This document shows, in pieces, positions 11,800-25,191 of a stretch of 64,000 bases of DNA. A program made the position numbers and the translations under genes. The notes below the pieces were generated by a model. It searched no databases, had not been told where the DNA came from, and saw nothing but the letters and a program-made list of their open reading frames with translations. Position 1 is the first letter of the stretch. Each line of letters opens with the position of its first letter. The DNA is from Octopus vulgaris. Lineage: Eukaryota. Location of the stretch: assembly GCA_951406725.2 (NCBI GenBank), contig OX597819.1, positions 1,984,001 through 2,048,000 on the forward strand, read 5' to 3'.

Positions 11800-14700
11800 C
11801 CTCAAAATCACAAGCCTGCAGGCGCATTATTAGTGTAGGTCCACTCACACGTGCCATTTTCGTTACATTCACCCACCTTTTAGCAAATGTACTGACAGAC
11901 AGCACTTCTCTTCCTTTCCAAAGGAAATTTGAAAAGTTGATGAGTGATTGACCGAAGAGAAAAAATTCTGTCTTCAATCCTTTCAACCTGGTCCACCATA
12001 CAACCTATTTCGCTACTGCTATCAGACAGAGGAAAATTGCCTGCCCTTCCGGACCGATAGAAAGCGGCGGATCGATCTTCACTATGGACTCGGCAGATAG
12101 CCGTATCCGTCCTACAGATGATAACAGCTGTTCAACATAACTCCACAAGTCGGTAATGCAAGGACACTGGACGAGTGCGAGCAGAACGGTTTCGTCGCTC
12201 TGCGCGCATCTCGGGCAGGTCCGTCTGACAGCGCTTCCGTGCCTTTAGAGTTTATATCCAACCGGCAGTGCCCGCTCTCGGTAGCATTGCCAAGCAAGGG
12301 ATTTCTGGAAGTTATACGTCGTCCCCGGCTCGAAAGCTTTCCTGAACAGACTGGTTAGTCCGATTTCGTCAACGCCTAAGGTCTCTCTAAGTGCGTCATC
12401 GCACTTTCCCTCCACTAACCCTCTATGGAACTCATGAATGGATGTTCTACTGATCGCATTGCCCGCCTGGTGGAGGGCAGTGAGTGCCTGGCAACATTCC
12501 AGATGCCAGTCACCCTTCCTCAGTCTCTTCTTGACCCAGGATTGTAGCTCAGTCAAGATGTGGAAAAGCCTGTTTGGCACACGGCAATCACAGCTGCTCA
12601 CCGTTCAGGCAGAATATCTGGAGATGCCGCAGCCTCAGCGCATGTCTGCACGATAGGGGGCAAGGAACGACGATCAAGCGGTAGTAGATGACTGACGCGA
12701 TGTACGCATTCGCCACCTCCACTCGACCTTTCAGTGATAGGCTCCTCCCAGCCATTTCTAGGTGAGACTGGCTAACCTGCTCGTCACTTCGTCCCAGTTC
12801 TTACCCACCTGGAGGTCTGGTCGGAACCAAACACCAAGCAAATTTACCGGTCCGTCCGTTCAGCACCCAACGACGCTGTTGGACGGCATGGTCTTGCCTC
12901 TCCAGGGTCCGAGTTGCAAGCCCGCCGACTTTTCCGAGTTAAGTTTTGCTCCCGTCAACTTTTCAACTTTTCATATTCCTCCAATGATATGCCGACCACC
13001 TCGATTTCTGAGGTGTCCGATACCATCATGGGGATATCGTCCGCATACACCAACATAGCCCTCTTGCGTCCCGTTTCGAGCAGGATGCCCTGAAGTAGCT
13101 AGTTTCCGCAGTAAAGGCTCAAGAGTCAATACGTACAGAAGGAAGGAGAGAGAGCACCATTGACGAACCGATCGGGAGATCTGAAGCGGTTTTGAAAGTT
13201 GGCCTTTAATTTTGACCACCGAGCAGATGACGCTGTGCATTGCAACGATCCAACATCTGAAGATGGGGCCGAAGCCAGTCGCCTTGAGGACAGCCTCCAG
13301 ATGTCGCTGGTCGACCCTAACGAATGCTTTCGATTGATCTAAATTCATCAGCGCCCCACCGGAGCCAGGTTTACAGCCTACCCTTTCTATGATGTATCGC
13401 ACAAGATGGAGGTTGTCGTGTATGGAGCTAGTCGAGATTGGGCAGGTTTGCGCCTCCCCGACCAAATCCTCGATGACAAGCGCCAATCACTTTGCTAATA
13501 CCTTGGCCAAAATCTTAAACTCTGTGTTAAGCAGAATTATAGACCTGAATTTATGCGCCCCTCTTGTTTTCGGCTTTCTTTATCAGCGTCACTACGCCAT
13601 GGCTCACAGAACTGGGAATACTCCCGTTCTGCTGCCAGTTGCTGTAGAGCGCTTCGAGGAGATTAGAGAACAAGTCTGGCATATTTATATAAAGTTCATA
13701 GGGCAGACCATTTAAATCTGGTGATTTGTGCCTCCTGCAACTGACAAGGACATCTTGAATTTCGGCTGAAGTTATTTACCTTTCACAGGGCTCAGCGTCG
13801 GCTGTCGAGAGACGCGGCAAGTCGTTGAGGTAGGAACTGAAATCCGCCACCATCTCCGCAAAAGGCCTCACACATCTGCCTGGATTCGCTCAGCTCGTGT
13901 CCGTCTCGGTCCGTCAAAAACCAGATTGTGGTTTTGTTACCACGCTGCGTCTCCACCACGCGGGCCCATCGAACATCTTAGCTCTGACACGCGCCTTAGC
14001 TCTGACAATGCAACTTTCATGTTTCGCGTTGAAGAACTGGTCTAAAGCCATTCTCACTGCCAGCACGTCGGCTGCAATGCCACTACAAGTAGCCTCGTCC
14101 AGTTTAGCTACTAACCCTTCCTCTTTTTATTTTCTCTAACGCTATTTCTTTGCTGAACCCTATCGATATTACTCTAATCTCTCTTCTGAGAGACGCCCAC
14201 CACCTGTTGTTGATGGCACCTCCTGTCAATCTCTGCTTAACTAAATTACTGGCCTGGTCCCTGTAAGCTTTACGTGCCGGAAACGACATGTTCAGCTTCC
14301 AGTAACCAAGTTCTAGCCTACGAATCTTATCTAGATCGACCGTACAGATTACAAACTTATGGTCTGAATAGAAGACCGTTTTAAAAAGTGGACACCCTAC
14401 ACTGAGTTTCTATTTTTCTAGTGAAAATCCTATCTATATACGATCTAGATGACCCTAAGCGGTTGGTCCAATTCCATACTCGCATATTAGGGAAATATCG
14501 TCGGTACCTGTCAGACAGTTGGAAATGTCTGATCATGCGCTTGAGGCGTTTGCACCCCACTCTTCTATCAGCTACTCCCACACAATCCCAACATTGGTCT
14601 AAGATTCCGATCCAGTCCCCTACTAATAGTAATGGGGAGACGTATCTAGAAAGGTTTCCAGATGACTGAAGAAATCTAGCCGTTTGGTACCTGCAGGAGC

Positions 14701-15035
14701 ATAGACGGCCACCAGTCTAAACACACTACCTTCACTGAGGCTCACATCCAGGACTACCAACTTCCCGTCCGGGTCCCAGAAGATCGAGTTTCCTTCGAGA
14801 TCCAGTCCTTTCCTAAACAGCACTGCCACTCCACCTCCCATTCCCAACCGACTAACAAATGCAAAGACCTGATAGTCGTCGAACATGGGGGCCAGTACGC
14901 ATGTACTGGAAATCCTAGTTTCACTGACAGCAATTGTGACCAGTTCTACAGACCTGAGGTCGTTGAGCAGGCGTCCCTGCTTCAAGGTGGTCCAAGGTAT
15001 CGCACATTTAGAAATCCTACTCTTAGTATGGCCAT
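11800..15035 (-). pseudogene. Tx1 ORF2 (APE endonuclease + reverse transcriptase), frameshifted
   Basis: ATG at 15035 (MAILRVGFLNVR); AVSETR; FRLVAVYAP; SYIDRIF; LDQSKAFVRVD; SVRQWCSLSFLLYVLTLEPL; YADD-like site near 13030-13050. Confidence 0.9.
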
Positions 15036-15044
15036 GTTGGCAAG

Positions 15045-16966
15045 CTAAAGAGAGAAGGGAAAGGTTTGCTTACCTCCCGGTGTCTCGTGAAGGTCGGGTG
15101 GTTCGACCTCTATAGTTGTTGGGGTCTTTTTAGGGAACCCCTTTAAGAACCTCGATGTGGGTCTCACGGTCGGGGTTCCCACGTCCTCCGGAAAGCTCTC
15201 TCGAATTTTTGTGTAAGAATCGAGCGACATTCGCAACATAAGTAAATCTTATGGTACACGAAATGTGTTCGATTCGAAAATCACCCTCCCCTGTTTCAAA
15301 TTCCGTCTTTTGTGTTACGAGTGCCATCAGTTCCACGTGGTCCCTTCTGCTGAGTACGAAGTTGGGTGTGGTTTAATTTGTTTGTTTGAATGTAGTGGTG
15401 ATGGTGTTGTTGTTTCCGTTGTTTCTGTGTGTACTGTGAGTGTGGTATCCGCAGTTTTAGATGTTTGTGTGAGTTTCTGTTCCTGTTTATGTTGTTTGCG
15501 TTTGGGGGATTCTGGTGATTAATTATGTTGGTTGTGTTTGTGTTGGTGTTTTGGGGGGAAGATTTTTGCGTGGGTGGTGTTTGTATTTATTATTGTGGGT
15601 GTTGTTATACTTTGTGGAGTTTTTATTTTGTGCTTTCTTTTTGTTTGTTCTTTTGGCCCTTTCGGTGAAGGGTTTTTTGCTGTAAGTGTGTTTGTATCTG
15701 TATGTTTATAATCTTGTTTATGTGTGTATTTTTGTTTGGTGTGAGGGGAGTGGGAGAGCTTTCTTTGTTTCCTCCTAGGATGGCTAACGTTTTGGTGTTG
15801 TTGCTGATGGTTTTGCCGATGCTGGTGATGTTTTAGTTCTCGTTGCGGCGCAGGCAGCAGTGGAGGCCGTAGGCGGCATTGAGCAGCCAAATGAGTGATT
15901 TCTCTACTCCTGAAACAATGCGGCCTTTTGCCTTCAGTCATGATATGTATCACCGTTCCGTTGTGGAGACGATTGTAGTCTGGGAATTTTTTATGTTTTC
16001 GGGTCTGATCTGGAAAAGTATCCCTGGAGAATTATCCCTGACCAGTCCTTCCTGGCAGTTCTTGTCGCTTCTATAGGGACAGCATCCGTCCCCTCCACGA
16101 TTACGCGTCCCAGAGGTCACCAAACATCTAGTCCTGGGGAGACTTTAGGAATGCCGACACGGGCTGTACGTTTCCCAATGTGAGAGGGGTAAATGATGAC
16201 TTTGCTAGTTTTGCAGGGGGTCATTGAATGTTTCACAGCGAGGGCTTCTGATTTAAACGGCACCGAAATGGTGCCGTATTGTTTGCCCCTCGCTATGTGT
16301 TCGATGTCATTTCTTATGCACCTCAGCGCTGCCTCTGTATCTACTTGGGCTATTAGAACCGCGCTTTTTGTGTCTGCTGAGATGCATCTGAAAAGTACCG
16401 TTCTTGTCTCCACTGCTTCAATTGCCTCTAATGTGATCGTGAGATTTGCCCAATTGTTCTCTTGTTTAATTAGTTTCCATGCCTCTGGGAGCCTCTGCTT
16501 CCTATTTGTGAGATCTACGGTATATCGGTGTTTGGTCTTGACTGCTGCAAAACTATTTTTGATATTTTTATTTAGTTTGTTTTCGTTGTTGTTTTTGATG
16601 TTATCACTTGCCACTGCTGCCGTTGTTGTTGTCGTTCTTATATATGTTGCTATCGCTACTGTCACTGTTGTTGCTTCCTTTATCGTGGTTGTTGCTGGTG
16701 CGGCTGCTGTCAACGTTGCGGCTGCTGCTGTCGCCATTTCTACCGCTGTTAGTGTTTCTGCTTCTATTGTTACTTTTCGTTGTACTTTGTACCATGTCAG
16801 TCTTGGTCTTCTCCTCCACCCCTCCTTCCTCTGTATTGTTGGCCGTGATAGAGGGAAGGGGAGGGAAGTCTTCATCTATTACCATAGTGGTAGGAGGGTT
16901 TGTTTTGTTTTCCCTCAACTCTTTCAAGACGCGTTCCGCCATCTTGTTGAGTTGTATTGATTCCAT
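15045..16966 (-). pseudogene. Tx1 ORF1 (gag-like), frameshifted
   Basis: EDFPPLP; a T/A-rich spacer; IEHIARGKQYGTISVPF; degenerate knuckle EGKRPHCFRSREITHLAAQC. Confidence 0.8.
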
Positions 16967-17186
16967 TAAACTTTATCCCCCACCGAATTTATATGGTGGG
17001 CCGAAAATCGCCCCCTGGGGGCTACACAACCATATAAGACCAATAATAAGTTCCATGTGCTTCTAATCACAACTTGGAACGAAATAAGTATAACAAAAAG
17101 ACACCAAGACTGGAGTAAATAAATATTTTTGAAACGAACTTACTTGGAGCGTTCGGAAACACGTACGATGTGTTCCGCACCAAATA

Positions 17187-17187
17187 T

Positions 17188-17247
<60 letters not shown>

Positions 17248-17346
17248 GATGATGATGATGATGATAATAATATTAATAATAATAATAATAAAAACAACAA
17301 CAATAGCAATAATAATAATAATAATAATTTTAAAAAAAACTTCAAC

Positions 17347-17398
<52 letters not shown>

Positions 17399-17512
17399 GA
17401 AGAAGAAAAAGAAGAAGAAGAAGAAGAAAAAGAAGAAGAAGAAGAAGAAAAAAAAAAAGAAGAAGAAGAAGAAGAAGAAGAAGAAGAAGAAGAAGAAGAA
17501 GAAGAAGAAGAA
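17187..17512. repeat. Compound microsatellite (AAT)n(GAT)n(AAC)(AAT)n(GAA)n
   Basis: Directly visible. Confidence 0.95.
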
Positions 17513-18695
17513 TTTTGCTTTAGTATCCCTTAAGATTTATAGCAGATTTTTCTATTAAGTTGCCTTGAGCATCACTTGACATTAAAAGAAAGTAAATAAG
17601 ATTTCTAAGTGATGAGAAAATGTAACTGAAATTACTGTCTCAATGCAAACAGTTGTGGAATAATTTTGATGTCCATAAAAAAGAAGTGTATTTGCTATCA
17701 GGGGTTGGACACTACGAATATGAAATAATCGGCGAAGTTGTTGGGGTTGCATAGTTGATTTCCTAAAATATAATAGCTTGGTCATGTAATAAACAAAGCA
17801 GAATTGATATGCTTGATGTGTGATGGAACTTCTTAAACCTCATTAATGATGTTCTTGCGGTCTTTATGTTATCAATAATTCCAGAAACGAGACCACATTT
17901 AACAGTAAACAAGAGAGTCTCTTTTATCTCCACAGCAGTTTTAAAATGCAATATCGGGATAAGGTGACATTTCTTTTATAATCATGTCACTATGGTAGTA
18001 TCTGCGTGTTGTTAACACTTAATAGTGTGCCCATATTGAAGACCATAAATTAGGAATTCGAAGTTCATATAATTAAAAGTGTTAATTAAATATTTAACAT
18101 TTCTATTATTTATTATTTAGCTGCTTCTTTATTTTTGTCTCTTAAAAAAAATTCGCCTTTAGTTATTGAAATCAAATTATATCAACAAGATTTATTGGAA
18201 TTGGAGTTTCATTCAAACGACATTTCCATCGTTTTACACTAGTGTGTCAGGAATTATTTACTTATCATTTATGATACATTCTTTATTCAATGAAATTTAC
18301 AAGTATTCAAAAACCATTATTTATCTCTTTTTCTATTTCTCCCGCTATCTCTTTTTTCGTTGATATTTAGAAACTGTAACGTCTTACAATGAAAACTTCT
18401 CGGTCAGCTTGTATCGAATTTATCATCAACTATGGTTAAATTAGCAAATCTTTCAAGAAGTATGTTTTAAGCATTACCGGCCGTTAAAGAGAATCAAGGA
18501 CCACTGGTCCATGAAGCCTACTTATAAAAGGATATGTACATGTAATAAACATAGTATATAGTTTAGTGAGTTACAAAGTCCTGAATTTCTTTGAGGAAAT
18601 TTGAAACTATATAATACTCACAGAATACTTATAACACTTCAAAGATCAGTTTACAATTGAACGATTTTTTATGACCTGTTAGACACAGCACTGAT

Positions 18696-18751
<56 letters not shown>

Positions 18752-19544
18752 TTATTAGTGATAGAAGTATAAGAGAAAGTTGTGCCTATGATGCTGAGAG
18801 ATACGGGTGTAGCTAATGACCGCTGTAGTTGTTACAATATTACATTAGCTGTGTATTACTAACGTAAATTGAATTCTTGCATTATTGAACTGTGTATAAG
18901 TCTTTTGTTACAAAAAACAAAAACGGGATATGCTTCATAGCATATATGCATAACAAATTTACTGTTGTGATTTCAAATGTGTAGGAAACAAAATGACACA
19001 AAAACGATGCTGAATATTTCATTGTCTTTTCGAGCAATCTCAGATACTTGAACATAGCAAGTATTGATTCACTAGTGACATTTGAATAACGATAATGCAG
19101 TAAACATTTTTGAATTCTTGTAGTGAGACTGTCCACTGATAAAATCAGCGAGCTTCCTTATCCACTACGATAGCTAATTAGGTGTGGATGATAAGACGTA
19201 TCGATAAAATAATTTACCATCTGTTTACGACAAAATCCAACGGACATTGGATCCAAATTTATCTGACATCACACAGGGAGGTTTATGTTTTAAAAATATC
19301 ATTTCAGGTTATCTAATACTTCTGAAAAATGTACTAATTCCTATTATAGCAATGTTTAAAAATATCTTATCTACCTAACAGCAAACTTGAAAATTTCAAG
19401 TACATACCATATCAACATTTATCTTAGTATTAAGGAAACTATATTACGATACCTTGAATTCTCTGACAAAGAATTTGAATATCGAACCACATCTCGGTCA
19501 GAGGCACATGATTGACATTAATATAATAAAGACTTAAATATTGG

Positions 19545-19720
19545 AGTTTCTAATTTAGGTACAAGGCCAGTAATTTCGAGCGAAGGGTGTCACACGATAC
19601 CATTGACTGGTACGAGACTGGTACAATACTGTATCGACCCTGGTGAAATGAAAGTAGATTTGACTTTAGTATGATTTGAACTCAAAACGTAAATAAGTGA
19701 AACAAATTGCGCAAAACATT
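19545..19720 (-). mobile_element. Diverged SINE family A monomer
   Basis: ggtacaaggcc...atcgaccctggtgaaatgaaag...atttgaactcaaaacgt. Confidence 0.6.
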
Positions 19721-20679
19721 TCGTTCAAATTGGAGGTCAAAAAAAGTTTATGGATTATGCTTAGTTCACAAGCTACTTATAAAAGGATATTGATGTTTCG
19801 GGATTGATTCTGCGTCTGACAAACTCCTTTGCCTATACATTAAACAAGTTTGAAGAAACTTATGATGGTCTGTATCAGCAAAATCTATACAAAGAAGCTC
19901 ATGATACTTTTTTTTTATTTTGGAAGTTTTATATGCTGTGACAAGAGTAACATGACGCTTTGGGATTGTAGCTTCGTATGAGAGAAAATCAATGCTTCAC
20001 ACGCTTAAAGTTGTCACTTCTGTCAGACATAAATTGCCAGACTTTTTATTCCGCTCAGAACATAAGAATTTACTCAAACACAAGAATTTTACGTAAGCCA
20101 ACACTGGTTTCGTTGAACTCTGATTATGCTGTATTCTCTGATCAGCGAATTCGAGGAAATTTAACCAGTGCACTCAATTTCACATATCCATGATATATTG
20201 TAGGATAGAGCTGTCCGCCAAACGTTCCATTGGTAGTTAAAATATAATCTAATTGAAAACTAGAGCTAAAAGTTAAAAGAGCTAAAATGTGGTACCAGCT
20301 GATGGTTGTGTATCTAATAACTGGATGGATAGAGTGCTAGTGCAGTCCTCTATCATCCCAGCTATTACAATCACGACGTCCAACTGGATCAAAAATGAAA
20401 AGATCGAAATAGTGTTTATTTATGCTCATGACCACATTGGCAACTATAACAATTAACAAAAGCATGGTACTCGGCATAAACCATACTTGCTTGCGATTGA
20501 CGTCTATGCCAGTGTGAATTAAAAATTAATCATAATGAGTTTCTTATTTATTTCTTCTTATTACACTTATGTGTAATAATTTTCGATAACTTTCCTCCCT
20601 TAATTTTCTATAAGTATATATTTCCGAACTTATCTACATTAAATTTGTGCCGAGTGCATCTGTATATATATAAGGCAGG

Positions 20680-20718
<39 letters not shown>

Positions 20719-20900
20719 TGATTGTAGTTTATGCACAACCACAAATTAGCACGCATGTCGCTCAAATTTTAAGAGGACATTCGTCACGATCCAAGCTGTA
20801 TTTTCGTTAAATTATTTTCCCCCATACACACACACTCACTCACACTCACACGAACATTTATGCGTACAAAACAGATGCATGCAATGTGTATTGACTGTAT

Positions 20901-21255
20901 ACATATATATAAAGCTGAAGTTGTCTGTGTATGGCAGGTTTGATAGCCTTCTACTAACACTATCTCCTCTGAGACCCTGCGGCGCAAGTTGACCAAAGTT
21001 GAGCGTATGATAGACGTAGGCTTGCTCTTCCTTCCGTAGAAGAAAAACTTCAAATCGGATCATGTTAACACCAAAAATTATTTACATCAAAAAGGTGCCT
21101 TTTCTATGAAAATCCCTACTTTTTTTAACGATTTTTTTACTGCTGTGCCGCCATTTTTCGGTGTATTTCAACCAGAAAAATGTTCACTTACTTTTCAAAA
21201 TTTCCAATTCTAAAGGGTCGAAACAAACTCGAGCAACGCCGGTCGATACTGCTAG
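20901..21255 (+). mobile_element. Non-autonomous Helitron, family H1
   Basis: 5' tatatataaagctgaagttgtctg; 3' GC-rich cgagcaacgccggtcga followed by CTAG|T. Homologous to 42643-43033. Confidence 0.8.
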
Positions 21256-21769
21256 TATTTACTAAGGAGAGAATAAGAGGGACAGGGAGATGGGGAAAGA
21301 TTATAAAGTTCTGTAAACTAGAATTTCGAGATTTCAACTTACTTCAATCCTTTTTAAGTCCTATTTTGTAGCTACATGTAAATTCTATCTGTATACTTTA
21401 ATGTTGTCACTTGTAGTAATACGCTGGTGGACACCCTGGTGAGTGTCTATAATTTTAACGTCATTGACACCGCCGGATTAAACGGTACAGCTCAGGTGTT
21501 GAAACCATAGTGATATCCGTTTGCGGCTGACAAAGGAATATGTATTTGATTGTGAATTTCTTATATTGTTGCCTCTTTTTCCTGAGGTGTCTTTCATTCC
21601 TATAAAGTGGAAACCGTTTGCGGATTCATAGTTTACATTGTTATTGGTTGTCTTGCTTCATAGGTAATCTTATTAAACTTAGATAATGCTTAGATATTGG
21701 TGTCTAGTTTGGAGAAGTTCAGTGGCATATTTTTAAATATACATGTTCTGAGTATGACTATAAACTACA

Positions 21770-24700
21770 TCCGGTTGTAGAACCCTGGGAGTCTGGGGCC
21801 CTGGTTTCAGGGCTTGAGGAGTGTGGAACCACCTTTTAGCCACTATTATTCTCAGGTCTACTCTGGCCCGGAGTGGTAGTACCTGTAAAGGTACCAGCTA
21901 TGTGTTAACTAGTACCGCCACCTCGTGACTGAGCTGAGGATCGGTAGAATGCGGTCGCCGTATTCCCTGCGTGAAGTACGAGGCGACTAAAAGGGGCAGG
22001 AGCGAGGGGACTGAGTATCCTTTCCTCCTAGTAAATTCATATTCCTAAAAATGCAGCAAGAAAAAGACAAGGGAGTGGGAGAAGGTTAACACCAAATCTC
22101 ACCTGGTACTAGGGTTATGGAATGGGCGTGGGTGTAGTACAAGTGAGGTGAGGGAGGAGAGAGATAGGGAGTGTGATGCTGAGGAGAAAGGTGGATGTGC
22201 TGGCACTGAGAGAGACTAATGATAAGTAAGGGAGAGTATCAGTTTGGGAATGCAACTGGACGAGTGTCGAGTGTGGGAGGGCTCGTGAGGGAGTGGCATT
22301 GCTGGTGAGTGAGAGTTTGGTGGAGTGGAGGGAAGTGTCTACAAGATTAATGTGGGTTAAGATGAGGGAGGAGGAGAGATGTGGGTGTTTTTCAGTACAT
22401 ATAGTCCAGAGAGTGAAAGGATTGAGGAAGAAGGAGAGGCGTTCTGGAGGGAACTGACAGAGTGTGTGGATAGGGTGGGGAAAATTGGTTATGTAGTGTT
22501 GTTGCGTGATTTGAATGCACGAGTGGGAAATGAGGAAGTAGAAAATGTAGTAAGAAAATATGGAGTTCCTGGTCGGAATGAGAGTGGAAGGAGGAGGTTG
22601 TTGGAAATAGTATGGAGCAGGCGTTGGTGGTGGGCAATAGTCTTTTCAAAAAGTGGGAGAAGAATAAGTTCATGTGGTGGAGAGTGGAGAGAGGAACAGT
22701 AGTGGACAGGGCCTTGATGGACTACATATTAATTGATAAGGGAGTGGTAGGAAGGTTGTAAGATATGCATCTAATGATAGGTGAAGGTGGAGGAGTGTCA
22801 GATTACTTATTAGTACAGTTTAAGTTGAAAGTATGCTCTAAATGGAATGCTAGACAAGTGAGGAGAAAGGTTGTGAAGGCGAGTGGACTGGAAAGGAGAG
22901 AGAAAGAGCGGACGTGTGTAGAGAAACTAAACTGAACTGAGAGGTAAATAGGAACAGGTGAATAGGAAACGGGAGGTTGGAGATGTGGGAGGCTTTTAGA
23001 GATGCAGTAAGGAGATGTGCCTCTGAGGTATGTGGTACACGAGTGGTTGGAATGGGTGTGAGGAAAGGTAGTGGGTGGTGGAATGAGCAGTTAAGGGATG
23101 CAATTGCAGAGGAGAAAAGGGCCTTTGAAGAGTGGTTGCAAAAGGAGGATGAAGAGGTTTATGATCACTACAGAGAAGTGATGAGGAGAGTAAAGAGGGT
23201 GGTGAGAGTGGCGAAATGGGTGACGAGTGAAAGGTTCGGGAAAAAGTTGAGTGAAAATTTTGTAAGAAATAAAAAGATGTTTTGGAAAGAAGTAGAGAAG
23301 GTAAGAAAGGTGGTCGGGGGAAGGGAAGAACGGGTGAAGGTTGTAAATGGAAAATTGTTGAAAGTAAATGAAGATCTACAAAGGAGATGGGCAGAGTATT
23401 TTAGTGAGCTGTTAAATGTGGAGGATGTTAGGGAGGCAAGTATAGTGGCTGTAGGAGGAGAGAGGAGATGAGGGAGTCCCTGCGGAAGATGGTAAACCGG
23501 AAGGCGCCAGGTATAGATGGGTGTACAGTGAAATGCTTAAAGAAAGGTGGCGTGACAGTGATTGAATGGTTAGTGAAAGTTATGAATGTTTGCTATATGG
23601 TTGGAAGAGTACCAGTCCCCTGTATAGTGCCACTGTACGATGGAAAAGGGGATAAATGTGGAAATTTTAGGGGTATAAATCTGCTGTGTGCGGTTGGTAA
23701 ACTGTATGGGAGAATTTTGGTTATTAGGGTGAGGAATCAGACAGAGAGAGTAGTAGGGGAGGAACAATGTGGTTTTAGGAGTGGAAAGGGGTGTACAGAT
23801 CAAATATTTGTAGTAAGACAGTTGTATGTGAAGCTTTTGACAAAAGGGAGGGAAATGTACTGGGCCTTTATGGGCTTAGAGAAGGCATATGACCGAGTGG
23901 AGAAGGATGAAATGTGGCGGGTGTTGCGGTTGTATGGAGCAGATGGGAGATTATTGAGAGCTGTTCAGAGTTTTTATAGAGAAAGTAGGGCGTGCGTTAG
24001 GGTGAGTGGTGAAGATGGGGTTAAGACAAGGTTGTGTGATGTCTCCGTGGCTGTTTAATTTATATATAGATGGTGTGGGGAGAGAGGTAAATGCTAAAAC
24101 CTTTGGTAAGGGAGCCCAAACGGTGGGAGAAATGGAGAGAAATGGCAGGTGAGTCAGTTGTTGCTTGCTGATGATACGGCAGTGGTGGCGGATTCGGAAG
24201 AACAACTGAGGAAACTGGTGGTAGATTTTGGAGGAGTCTGTGAGAGGAGAAAACTGAAAGTGAATGTAGCTAAGAGTAAGGTGATGAGATGTTCGAGAGA
24301 TGGAAGGACTGGTAGGATGGATTTGAGTATAAATGGCGAGAATATAGAGGGGTGAGTGATTTTTAGTATCTAGGCTCAAATGTGATGGCGGGGGGTGGTT
24401 TGGCTGAGTAGGTGGGATACAGAGTGAGGGGGGTAGTAAGATACTTAGAGTTGTGAAAGATATGCTGAGAGATAAAAGGTTGAGTATGAAAGCGAAATGA
24501 GGAGTGTATGAGGGCGTGGTTGTGCCGACGATGTTATATGGTGCAGAGGGGGCTGAGAGAGGTGGAAAGGAGGCGACTAGATGTGTTTGAGATATGATCT
24601 ATGAGGCTATGGTTGGTATAATACGGATGGACAGGATGAGGAATGAGGAGGTGCGAAGACGAGCATGAATGAAAGAAAAACTAACTTGGATAGACGAATG

Positions 24701-25120
24701 TTGAGATGGTTTGGCCACATGGAGAGGATGGATGAGGAGCGGATGGTAAGGAGGGTGACGAAGGGTGAAGTGGATGGATGGAGTGAGGAAAGCTTTGATT
24801 GATAGAGGTGTTGGAGTGAGAGAGGCAAGAGAGTTTATAAATGATAGGAAATCTTGGCGAGTGTTTGTGGAGGGATGAGTGAATTTTGATGTTGCTCAAA
24901 TGGGTACGGAACCAGCATGATGCAGCGGGGGTAAAGCAGCATATGCTATCTGAATCCGCTACTGATACTGGGTCCTATGCCTTGACCCGAACATAGAACG
25001 GGGCCCGCCTCTTTGAGCTGGGAAATTAATGCAATGCTTGGTGTGTGTCTTGTTGTGGCTACCTCTCCTAAAATGAAAAAATGGGGAATAGGCTTGGGTA
25101 TATGATGATATGGTATGATA
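21770..25120 (+). mobile_element. Near full-length, decayed RTE-clade LINE (APE endonuclease + RT)
   Basis: VDVLALRET; DLNARVG; ALMDYIL; KAPGIDG; FRGINLL; EEQCGFRSGKGCTDQIF; LEKAYDRV; RQGCVMSPWLFN; LLLADDT; LRWFGHMERM. Many frameshifts. Confidence 0.9.
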
Positions 25121-25144
25121 CATACATATATAATATATATACTC

Positions 25145-25191
<47 letters not shown>

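Larger units (their letters stand above)
11555..17185 (-). mobile_element. Full-length but inactivated Tx1-clade (L1 superfamily) LINE, ~5.6 kb
   Basis: 5' UTR, ORF1, ORF2 (APE endonuclease plus RT) and 3' UTR lie in order. Both ends abut (AAT)n. Confidence 0.9.

Noticed and set aside
16193-17066. 255-aa and 152-aa hydrophobic plus-strand ORFs resembling membrane proteins
   Set aside because: Antisense shadows of the A/C-rich Tx1 ORF1; the same applies to 141-638 and 6165-6470.
17129-17533. Poly-I/M/E and poly-N/D/R ORFs
   Set aside because: Compound trinucleotide microsatellite.
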